A stretch of DNA of 64,000 nt from Octopus sinensis (taxonomy: Eukaryota). The stretch covers positions 73,594,001-73,658,000 of the forward strand of contig NC_043008.1 in the NCBI RefSeq assembly GCF_006345805.1, given 5' to 3'. Of the stretch, positions 53,185 to 64,000 are shown one piece after another. How positions within the stretch are numbered: position 1 is the first letter of the stretch; each line of letters begins with the position of its first letter. The notes under the pieces were generated by a model. The model had not been told where the DNA came from. It did not search any database and was given only the letters and a program-made list of their open reading frames with translations. A program made the position numbers and the translations under genes.

Positions 53185-54169
53185 ATACATATGTGTGTAT
53201 GCATACATATACATATATACGTGTATGTAAATACACACACACACACACAAGCACATATATATATATATATATATGTATATGTATATGTATATGTATACGT
53301 ACATTATATATAAGCAATATACTTAAGTATTATTATGTGACAAAAACTACATTTATCGCGTTTACATATTATCTTTGTTCAATTAGCTTATTCACTCATT
53401 CTAGTGCGTTCTCTTGCTGCGTATTTCATAAAGCTGACACATTATACTTCAGTCTGTCTCTTTAGTGAGATTCACTTTCTCGGTATCTAGATGGGGAGGT
53501 ATTGTCGTCGAACGGATGCTCCTTAAGATCGCTGCAATTTTTCGCGGAGGAAAATGAGGAAGTGTTTGCAGGCATGTTGGTCATTCTGACTCGGGAATGG
53601 TTTGTGACGTTCCCTGGAAGGTGAAACCTGAGTATATAATGCCTATATCGCTTCTCTGCAAGAAGTTTTACTACATGGCTGTTATACTTTATGCTCAGAA
53701 ACCTCTAACCAGTTAGGAACATAATTTTTTATTATTGCTTTCAGTAGAAAAAAAAAAACGTTTCTCTTGTAAAGGCGTCTCTCAGTTTTCTAGCTGTTCA
53801 TGAGAAGATACGCGTTGGCAGCTATTCACCTTCAGACACCTGGCTCCCACGACGCTGAATATTGTAGTCAATGTTTCATGCCCCTGACCTTTTGACCGAG
53901 CTGGAGTCCTGAGACAAGTTGTAAAGAGCGATTGAGCCTTTGGCAAATGAAATGTTGTTGGGTGTTCGATGCATACGAATAGTTAAAGGATGTAGCTAGC
54001 TGAAAGTCAGTCTTCGCATTCTCTACAAAGTAAGTGAAAGATTTCAGCAATGATAAACTGGAGGCAATTCTGGCTGCTGACATGGAAAATCTGATTTGTC
54101 ACAACAGCATGGCTTTCATATTGAGTTTTATGGAGTTATGTTATAAGTTTCAAACATCTCTTTGAAATA

Positions 54170-55188
54170 TTTTTACTCTACTCTGAAATTCATAGCATAC
54201 ATTCAGTATAGGACGAGTACACGCTCTACCGCGTAGAAGTTTGTATGTGTAGATCGAGGCATTTAAAACGAACAAACCTGAATCACGAAGAAGGAATAAG
54301 ACACCCATCATCCTGGCAAACCGACGATTGACCATCGATATAGTGGGATATGATCTGCAAGTTACACTTATTTCTACATACGAAATCATCCACGATAAGC
54401 TTTGCTTCTGTAAAGTTGGCGCAACATGTTTAACAAGAGAGCTTACCGAAACGTATAAAACCAAGAGTGTAGATATCTATCAACGATTACTCAACAACGC
54501 TAAAACGATGAAGGCGAAGTTGTTTTGGAGAGAATGGTCTAAAGAGATGAGACCTGGGTCCATCGATTTGAGTCAGAATCCAGATCACAAGGTATGAAGT
54601 GGAAACACCCAGAAATCGCCAGCGAAACAGAAATTCAGGACTCAACCTTCTGTAGAAAAGGTGATGCTAACAGGGTTTTTTTTTGGCGGGGGGGGGGACT
54701 AAAGGGTCTATACTTGAACATTATCTGGAAAAGAGATTTAAATTCACCAGCGTAGGTAAAATTGAAATACTGGCCAAGAGACTAAAAAAATTTAGCACCA
54801 AAAGGCGAGCTCTATTGTGATCTGAAGGGTTATTGTTACGCAACAATGTACGCCGACATACAGCCGTCCACATTGCTGAAACCATTCAAAATTTGGATTT
54901 CGAGTTGCTAGAACACTCTGCAAACAGTCAAAATTTTGCCCCTTTTGATTGTTACCTGAAACATTCTTTACGAGGTCATCGATTTCCTAAGAACAAAGAA
55001 GAGCATGACGTGGAGCATACATAGCTGTGCGATCAACCAAAAACCTTCCATTGAATATATAAGCTTGTGGACTGCTAAAAGTGCATCGAGAAGCAAAGAG
55101 ACTATGTCGACAAAAGACGTAAGTGTTCAATGCCTGCTTTTTCTTTTTGGGGAGTAAGAGTGCGTATAATTGTCGACTTACTCTCGTA
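54170..55188 (+). mobile_element. Decayed mariner element
   Basis: 'YEIIHDKLCFCKVGATCLTRELTE', 'KFRTQPSVEKVMLT', 'NNVRRHTA...LEHSANSQNFAPFD...LRGHRF'. TIR-like TACGAGAGTAAGTCGACAATTATACGCAC (reverse complement) ends at 55188. Confidence 0.8.
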
Positions 55189-55924
55189 ATTTCGGACACA
55201 TCATTTGTTTTTGTCATTTTCTCTCATCAACGTTTCTCTTTCTTTTTCATTGCCGTTTTTATTGTTTTAATCATAGAATGAAGTATCTTATTATTTTTAG
55301 CATTTTCTATGCTTGATTTTATATTGTTTACTTGAGATTTGATATCCTTATATCAGAACAGTTGAAAATGTCTCCCTACCACACACTTTCCGTTGTGATT
55401 GCTGCGGTTGCTCAACCAATAGTTTGCTAATGATGCTCGTGCATTCCGTTTAGTTAATTGCCATATAATGTTTATATTTGAAACTAGCTTTATCAAACAG
55501 AAACTTTTGCTTTTCAACCCACTTCTAGGCAATTATATGGTCATTAAGACGCAGTCAATAATTAATACACGAGTGATATATTTTTGCAGCAGTTTTGTAT
55601 TATGCATTATTTGGTGACCAGTCTCCGTCGTAAATTTCGAAACATTTATTGTTTAATACGCGCAGAAGCTTACATGAGGACCAGAATATCCTTTTATGGG
55701 AGCAGTTGAAAGTTGATAACTTCGTGTGTGAAGAACAGCTTTACAACTTTACAGTGTGTCCAATTATATTCTATCGGAGCCAGTGCTTGACGACGCAGTG
55801 TGGTCTGTTGCTTTAAAAGATACTTTACACAGGAAACATTTGTCATATATATTGAGGAAATGTCGATATTCTTCACAATACATCTAGTAGTGATGCGCTC
55901 TTCATGTAGTACAAATGTTCTTGA

Positions 55925-55949
55925 TATTATATTATTATTATTATTATTA

Positions 55950-55992
<43 letters not shown>

Positions 55993-56048
55993 CATTTTTA
56001 TTTTTATTATTATTATTTTATTATTATTATTATTATTATTATCATTAC

Positions 56049-56092
<44 letters not shown>
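55925..56092. repeat. (ATT)n microsatellite
   Basis: Visible directly. Confidence 0.95.
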
Positions 56093-56094
<2 letters not shown>

Positions 56095-57103
56095 CAGCAT
56101 TTTCTAACAAGTTTTTCGTATCATCACAACGTACTCCGCCTCTTCCATGTTTATTTTCCACTTTTCCGTTTCGTCAATTTTATAATGGATTTATCTCTTG
56201 TTCTTTGTTCACATCCAACTCATGCCCTTCCTGCTTCTCCTCCGTCATTTTAATTTTTATTCGCTTATTTTTCGTCATTATTGCTATTCTTTCCTGTCTT
56301 CTACTATTCTTCCATATTCTAATATATACACCTCTTTCATTCTTCTTCAACTTTCCTTTGCAATTATTTCATCTTTCTCCCATTTGTGACAAAAAAGTTT
56401 CTCTGTTCATTTCGTCGTCACTTTCACGTTTTACACCTTCCACTGCTGCTCTTACCTTTTTAGCAGTAACATTTGTGACCTAGCCACGCCTTGTCATTCT
56501 ATGATCAACAAAGCTCTCAGCATAACGGAACAAAATAAATACACAATAATAAAGTGTTTTATCACATACCATATACCTGCATTTGATATACTTCAGTACA
56601 TTAGTTGACATACATACAAACTGAGTGAGACGCCCACTCAACGATTTCTCCAACTGATACAGCATAATGCTCCCACACTATAACTCATATAGCGTATGAC
56701 TCTTCAGATAGAGAGAGAAAAACTATAGTCGTTTTGTCAATATTGTTCTTATTGTTGCTAGTATTACTTATCGTCGTCGTTTTTTTTTTTTCCTTCATTG
56801 TCATTATCTGCATTTCTTTACTCTGTCATTCTCTTTCTCGCTCAATTCAAATACACATATGATGCATGTTTATGCCAACGTATGCATGTTAAATATGTTT
56901 CATGGATCTGGCCTTGTCACAATTCATGCCATGCAAACACACACACGTGAACGCGCATACACACACACACACACACACGCCACACAAACATACACACATG
57001 CACACATGCACACACGCACACACACAACCAGAGTATTGAACATGTTCATGCTTTCCGGAGAACAATACTAAAATCGTAATTATTGTTTGTATACATACCT
57101 ATG

Positions 57104-57164
<61 letters not shown>

Positions 57165-57198
57165 ATGTGTGTGGTGTGTGTGTGTGTGTGTTGTGTGT

Positions 57199-57680
57199 GG
57201 AGGTACAATGGCCCAGTGGTTAGGGCAGCGAACACGCGGACGTAGGATCGCGGTTTCGATTCCCAGACTGAGCATTGTGAGTGTTTATTGAGCGAAAACA
57301 CCTAAAGCTCCACAAGGGTCCGGAAGGGGGTGATGGTGAACCCCGCTGTACTCTTTCACACTAACTTTCTCTCACTCTTTCTTCTTGTTTCTGTTGTACC
57401 TGTATTTCAATGGGCCAGCCTTGTTACACTCTGTGTCACGCTGAATCTCCCCGAGAACTACGTTAAGGGTACACGCGTCTGTGGCGTGCTCTGCCACTTG
57501 CACATTAATAAATGAGCTGCGACGTCACTGGTACCAGGTTGTATCGGCCTTTGCCTTCCCCTTGGATAACATCGGTGACGTGGAGAGGGGAGGCTGGTAT
57601 GCGTGGGCGACTGCTGGCCTTCCATAAACAACTTTTCCCAGATTTTGCCTCGGAGGGTAACTTTCTAGGTGCAATCCCGT
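57199..57680 (+). mobile_element. tRNA-derived SINE, family C
   Basis: A box TGGCCCAGTGG (57209-57219) and B box GGTTTCGATTCCC (57252-57264) at tRNA-like spacing, followed by a long non-tRNA body. Confidence 0.7.
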
Positions 57681-58044
57681 GTGTGCGTACATATGTCTGA
57701 TTGCATGTGTTGTTCAATATCACGGCATATTTTAAAGACTATTATTATTAAAAGGCTGGGTTTATAAGAAAAAGGCGGTGTGAGTCAGTGAGACAGAAAA
57801 GGAAAGTGTTAGCATTTATCAGAAAGCAATATCAGAGCAGCTTTCACTCCCATCGAATGTAAAAATAGCAAATAACCAATAGATGGAAACAGTTATAAAT
57901 ACAAACAGTCGCCGTTTCAGACGCACAAAAATAAACAAATAATTCAAATAGAAGCTAGAGGATAATAACCAAAACATCCCAAAGACCATCACCACCACTA
58001 CCACGACCGGCGTTATAATGCCTCCCCCACTTCTTCATCGACCT

Positions 58045-58265
58045 TAATAATATTGGTTTCAAATTTTGGCACAAGGAAAACTATTTCGGAGGAGGGGCAA
58101 GTTGGTTACATGGACCACAGTTCAACTGGTACTTATGTTATAAACCCTGAGAAGATGAAAACTGAAGTCGACCTCGGCGATATTTGAACTCAGAACGTGA
58201 GGACGGATGAAATGCCGCTGAGCATTTCGCCCGGCGTGCAAAAATTCTGCGAGCTCACCGCCTTC
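58045..58265 (-). mobile_element. SINE family B
   Basis: 'attggtttcaaattttggcacaagg...gtcgacctcggcgatatttgaactcagaacgt...gcgagctcaccgccttc'; reverse complement of the family B head and body. Confidence 0.8.
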
Positions 58266-60308
58266 CCAGAATCAATTATATTTAAACGACTGCTAAGAAC
58301 AACATTTACTGTCACTTCAGACCAAAGGGGCTTATGGATATGTGTCATCTCACACAAAAGAAAAACGTGGAAGAGTTATGTCGTGAAAACGACTGTATAT
58401 TTTTCGGGGGAAAATATGAACAAAAATTTGGCAAGCAGGAATGTATAATATATTTCTATACAATTGCTAGACGAATTGTAAGAACGCCATGTTGGGGGTG
58501 TGGTAAAATGTGTGTTTTAGCAACCATGATAACAGTTATGGGAGTGAGTGTCATGTTTTTAGGATTGTGCTGGAAAGACAAAAGTTGCTGTCTCTCCACA
58601 CACATTCCAATAGGTTGGGCCGCACTCCTTTATCGATACAGAATTTATACTTTTTGTTCTAGCTCACTGAAACTGAACTCGCTTAGAAGACAATTACTAT
58701 ATATATGTGTGTGTGTGTGTGTGATAATATGTATGTGCGTGTGTATGTGTGTGTGACTGTGTGTGTGCGTGTGTGTGTCTATATATCCTCTTTGTATTAA
58801 TACTGCCTCTGTCACTAATAGATATTTTTTAACAAGTTCGCTGGCTAATCGCCACCCCAACGCCTTTTCTGGCACTATTATTCTACGTACCGGTGGCGGA
58901 AAGATGAATCGCTGCTGTATCTAGCGGTCGAACGTCCACCGTTGAAGTAAGCTAAGGAAGATCGAAATCAACATGATCTGGTGATCAGGGCGCTGGAGAT
59001 GACGGAGATGTATCTCTCTGTTAGCAATATAAACAAAAGCCAATATGAGAGTATATTTTGTTGTAACAAAACATTCACGTTTATGTGGGGATAAATTAAT
59101 CCTTTCTCCTTATTGTACATTCTGCATTTGCTCTCTCTCTCTCTCTCCCTCTCTCTCTCTCTCTTTCTCTCTCTCTCTTTCTCACATACGCACACACAAC
59201 TATACACACAATATTTATACTGTGTGTATACAATGTGTAAAGATGCATTACTACATGATGGCATATAATGAACTTATATATGCTACAAGCGAAATTGTGA
59301 ATTCGAAGTGTAAATCCCAAACCTAAACCAGGAAATTCTATACCTAAAATTGTATAAAGAAAGTTCCTGTCGTTATTTAAAACATTCTTTTTGCCAATGT
59401 GTAACGTAGAGTGAATGATTGCAAAGTGTGTTATTCAGGACACTGGTGTCTTTAAAGCTGGTAAATTTGATTTCGTTATTCGAGCAGAATAATAGATTTT
59501 ATTCGTTAACTGACAGAGATGATGCTGTCTTAGGTGTGTAACATGATTAGTCTAGGTCAATCAGATTGAAGAAAGCAGACGGCATTGTGATTAGAAGAGC
59601 CACGACATGGGAACTGTCCAAAGTCTTGTAACGAAGATCTAACGTTTGGAATCATAGCAGAGATAGTAAGGTAGACTGCTTGAAAGGAAAGTTGTTTCTA
59701 ATCATAGTCATTATGAACTCAAGTTGGCATTTATTAAAACATCGTAATAAAATGTATTCACAAAATCTTCAGTACAGGCATATGACGGAACGTAGATGTG
59801 TATTGAAAGAGACAGACATAGAAAATTGAGAAGAATGGAAAGAAGGAAAGAAGGAAAGAAAGCGTGTGTGTGAGAGAGAGAGAGAGAGTTATGTATGCAA
59901 GTATATAAATATGGATGCATCTTCCTAACCTAAAGTGATAGGTTAGTTTGACAAGCCTACGAATCTTTAATTTGCATGGGGCTGAATCAAACTGTTATTA
60001 AATATTATATACATACATATACATCAACATACACAAGCACACACATACACACATATACACTCATATACACACATGCACACACATATATATTATAACTATA
60101 ACCTTTAAGCTTATAATTATCTACAGAATTTTTCACTCGTCATCGTTTCTTAATTTAACGCAGAATCCCCCCTCTCTCACTCCCTCTCTCTCTATATATA
60201 TGTATATATACAACAAGAAATAATATTTGTCTCTTATAATAGAGACAAAAGGTTTTATAGAACTGCAAAAGAAGTGCCCAAATATAAAAGAGACGAAGAT
60301 AAAGACGC

Positions 60309-60339
<31 letters not shown>

Positions 60340-60421
60340 TACATGCATGCATACATACATACGTACATATGTATGTATATACATATGTGTATATATATAT
60401 ATATTATATATATATATATAT

Positions 60422-60470
<49 letters not shown>

Positions 60471-60783
60471 AAATATCTATGTAAATATTTAAATTAGCTT
60501 GCAGTTTAGCTATGTGTGACCCAAAAAGCATATTAAAATTGTCATTAAATATGCCAGCGAGTGATAGAACAGCTACAATGCAAAAAATAAGAGCTAAAGT
60601 GCTCTGATGCTACGGTCAACGCACATAATTCTATACATACGTACTGATAGCGATCATAAACGACCGCAATCGGTAGTCGTAATATTCTTATAACGTCAAC
60701 GGTTTCGGCTTTAGGACCGAACCTCTACAGTTAGGTCGGCGTATATATGGTACGTACATATATATATATATTGTGTGTGTGTG

Positions 60784-60852
<69 letters not shown>

Positions 60853-61179
60853 TATGTATGATGTATTATGTATTTATGTATGTATGTATGCATGTATGTA
60901 TGTATGTATGTATCTGCGTACAATGTAGATGCTGTTGACGAATTACATTTCTGTAAATAATAATATTTATAAGCTTAAAGCTTATGAGCGATCACCGTGT
61001 ATTAACTAAAGAAAATAGTCTAAAATTGGGGCATATAAGCCTTCGACGGAAGAAAGTGCATTATCACGAATATAACACATATAGGTTTGTGTCCCATGAG
61101 TACGGAAAATCAATTTTCCCCAATATTAGACTATTTTTCTTTACTCAACGATGATTGCTTATAGCTTTATGCATATAAA

Positions 61180-61217
<38 letters not shown>

Positions 61218-61299
61218 ATTATTATCATATCAATATATATTTGTATATACATATATATTTATATATATACATATACATATACATACATACACACACACA

Positions 61300-61353
<54 letters not shown>

Positions 61354-62794
61354 ATATAGATATATATATATATATATATGAACTGGTTATGCTTTATGCT
61401 GGTAACTTAATTAACAACGATAAAATACATTGATACTACATGACTATGTACTTGTCTAATTGGAAAATCCCGTTAAGGGACCTAACATTTGAAAAATTAA
61501 TAAATATGACAAAGAGGAGCTTTTAAATGCTGCCCATGTATTAATAAGGACCTGACAGAGTGTATTTATGTTCAAATGGATGTTAGAAATGTCTCATGTC
61601 TTGATTTCTCTTCATTCTGAATGATTTGGGACTACAGCAGGTCGATTAAGAAAGACAGAGACATATAAGGATCAATGAGTAATCTTTATAAGGTTTTGTG
61701 TTGATAATGTGTTGATCAGAAAATATGAAAATAATTACAAAGATTTACGATTTGTATTAAAACAACAATGGAGAAAAACAGCTAATGTTTTAATGGAACA
61801 AAATACTAGACCTTGGATTTCCAATGTTAAGTCGTCATAAAAATTATAATAAATGAAAGTTATTTTCTTTTCTTGGACAGTGCAGTATATTCAGATTGAA
61901 ACATTGGTAGGGAGATCTCAATCAGGACTCGAAGTGTTTCGAACTTCATTTAGTCGTATTATTAATAACATTTGGTCATTGAACAACATCAATTTTAACA
62001 AAAAGGTCACCCAAAATTAAAGTCTCTAGCAAAATATCCCCTGTTTATTCTTCTATGTTTTAGCGAAACAGATAAACTAAAGGAAAGCAATGGACAAAAA
62101 CTAGAGTGCATTCTATCACAATTATCCGCACATGTTGCTTGAGTCATACATAAATCTAATCCCAATGTGCTATTACTTGTGAAGACAAGACAGAACGAGC
62201 TAACGCTAGTACTAAGAACATGAATATTAGAGTGGTTCGTACAGACATTCAGAATGAGTGATGGAACCAAACTAATAAAATTGAAGATATCACAATGCCA
62301 AACGTGTTGGGGGAAAATCTATGCTGATACGGCTAATATATTTTTCAAAATTGATCTGAAATACAACAAAAAAAAAAAACTGAAGAAGCGTGGCACCAAA
62401 CGAATGACAGCCAGCAAGTATGTCAAACAGGTACGTGGGGAAGTGTGACGTTCATCGAACAGTTCCAGATATAACTCAAGTTATTTCCATAGGACTTACG
62501 ATAGATAAGTTTATGGAAAGTGGTCCTGAAACTAATTTTATGAGATATGAAATATATGGCAACGTCAATCAGACTAGAACAACCGGTGACGCACACCAAC
62601 TGATTTTGTTTCTTTAAAATTTACAACATTATAGTGAAAAGACATTTGCGATTTATCAATATTTTGTATCTAGGTTTGAGAATATAGTTCGTTATTTGAC
62701 TGAGTGAGCTTCAGTTGTTATATTTACATAGTTTTTGATAAATATACTGTATGCTGTGTATATATCATATATAGTATGTAGTGTGTGAATATTT

Positions 62795-62807
62795 ATCTAT
62801 CTATCTA

Positions 62808-62889
<82 letters not shown>

Positions 62890-62896
62890 CTATCTA

Positions 62897-62950
<54 letters not shown>
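62795..62950. repeat. (TATC)n/(TA)n microsatellite
   Basis: Visible directly. Confidence 0.95.
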
Positions 62951-62953
<3 letters not shown>

Positions 62954-62960
62954 GTAGTAT

Positions 62961-63110
62961 GTCACTTAGCGGTTCGGCAAAAGAGACCGATAGAATAAGT
63001 ACTGGGCTTACAAAGAATAAGTCCCGGGGTCGATTTGCTCGACTAAAGGTGGTGCTCCAGCATGGCCGCAGTCAAATGACTGAAACAAGTAAAAGAGTAA
63101 AAGAGAAAAA
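62961..63110 (+). mobile_element. SINE family A, 3' half
   Basis: 'cttagcggttcggcaaaagagaccgatagaataagtact...ggtgctccagcatggccgcagtcaaatgactgaaacaagtaaaagag'. Confidence 0.9.
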
Positions 63111-64000
63111 GAGTATAGTTCAAATTTACACTAAATAAAGACAAAGACAGGTGAAGGAACAATAAGCAGGTGTATTAATGTATTAATTTGATGCTCGGGA
63201 AGAATAGAAATGTTCTTGGCGCTTCGAATCTACGCTCTTCGACACAAAGGATTCAGAGGAGAAAAACGGAGAAAGAAAATAAATCTCTAGAGATTAATGG
63301 TTTAGTATCATTTTACACTCTTAGTGTTCCATGTGGTTAACTGACAAAGTGAATAATGTTTTGGATTATTTGATCGCGTGTTGTGGCTTTGCTACAGTTC
63401 AGTTGTATGGCAGAAAAATAGCTTATTAAGTATTGCTTCAAGCGATCTCGCCTCTTTGATTATTAAACTGGAAAGAAAGGACGAGTTGTGCAGTAAGAAC
63501 GCGCATTGAGACTGGCAGAAAATTCTGACTCAGCAAAGTTCAAGTTGTTGTGTATGAGTTTTCTTGCCTATATCAGTGGGTGGCTAGGTGCAACTCTGCT
63601 GCCGCAATAGAAGGAGCCGAAACATCTACGGAGCTGCTTCACTGACTGATGAGACATAGATTCCTACATTCGGAGACGGAGTATAGCAATACTCTGGGCA
63701 CACAAGTGCTCATTCTAAATGAAATATTTATTTTATCGCAAATTATTAGTATATGTTTCCTCATAAAATGTAGAAACTGATGGATTCGTATCACGGTATA
63801 CGATTAAGCTGTATATGTATACACATATACGCATATCCCCCCCCCCACATATATATATATATATATATGCATATATGCAAACATACATACAGACAGACAT
63901 GTGTGCTTCAGTGTGTATGTGTGAGTACGAATCGAGAATGAAATCCGTATCATTTTCTTAATTTATCATTTTCCTGTCCTTAACAGTTTAACTGCGACAA

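Noticed and set aside
57199-57275. tRNA gene
   Set aside because: A and B boxes are present, but there is no clean cloverleaf and the sequence runs into a long repeat body; treated as a SINE head.
61400-62620. Complex sequence with short ORFs (62254-62448, 62420-62617)
   Set aside because: No recognisable motif, splice pattern or continuous frame.
1065-63138. Many ORFs rich in YI, HT, CV, MDGW, poly-N/I/L/Y/T/S
   Set aside because: They are translations of stop-poor microsatellites, not genes.
63205-63250. Minus-strand TCGAAGAG-CGTAGATT-CGAAGCG resembling a minimal hammerhead
   Set aside because: Both core segments deviate (UCGAAGA, GAAG). At most a dead relic; not supportable from this copy.

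Overview
AT-rich eukaryotic DNA, dense in microsatellites and transposable elements. The SINE and LINE families look like those of an octopus or other cephalopod; this is inferred from recognising the repeats, not from a search. No host protein-coding gene can be supported. Nearly all ORFs in the six-frame track are microsatellite or repeat read-throughs. Recognisable content: three tRNA-derived SINE families, two decayed CR1/L2/Jockey-type LINEs, R4/Dong-type RLE retroelements sitting in (AAT)n, five mariner relics, one pogo/Tigger relic, a non-autonomous Helitron, a ~1 kb element with 85-bp TIRs, and a 2.07-kb gag/zinc-knuckle-only insertion that splits a SINE. The most striking structure is at 37820-47444: exactly 16 head-to-tail copies of a ~545-bp non-coding unit, then ~1.65 inverted copies, next to a Penelope GIY-YIG relic. 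Each unit carries a candidate type I hammerhead ribozyme (CUGAUGA...GAAAC, palindromic helix III), so the array resembles a retrozyme or Penelope pLTR array. A second hammerhead-like motif, with a compensatory U3:A8 core, lies in a near-perfect 700-bp palindrome at 28651-29354. Four fold-back structures flanked by (TA)n suggest a shared integration mechanism. Most element boundaries were read by eye and are approximate.
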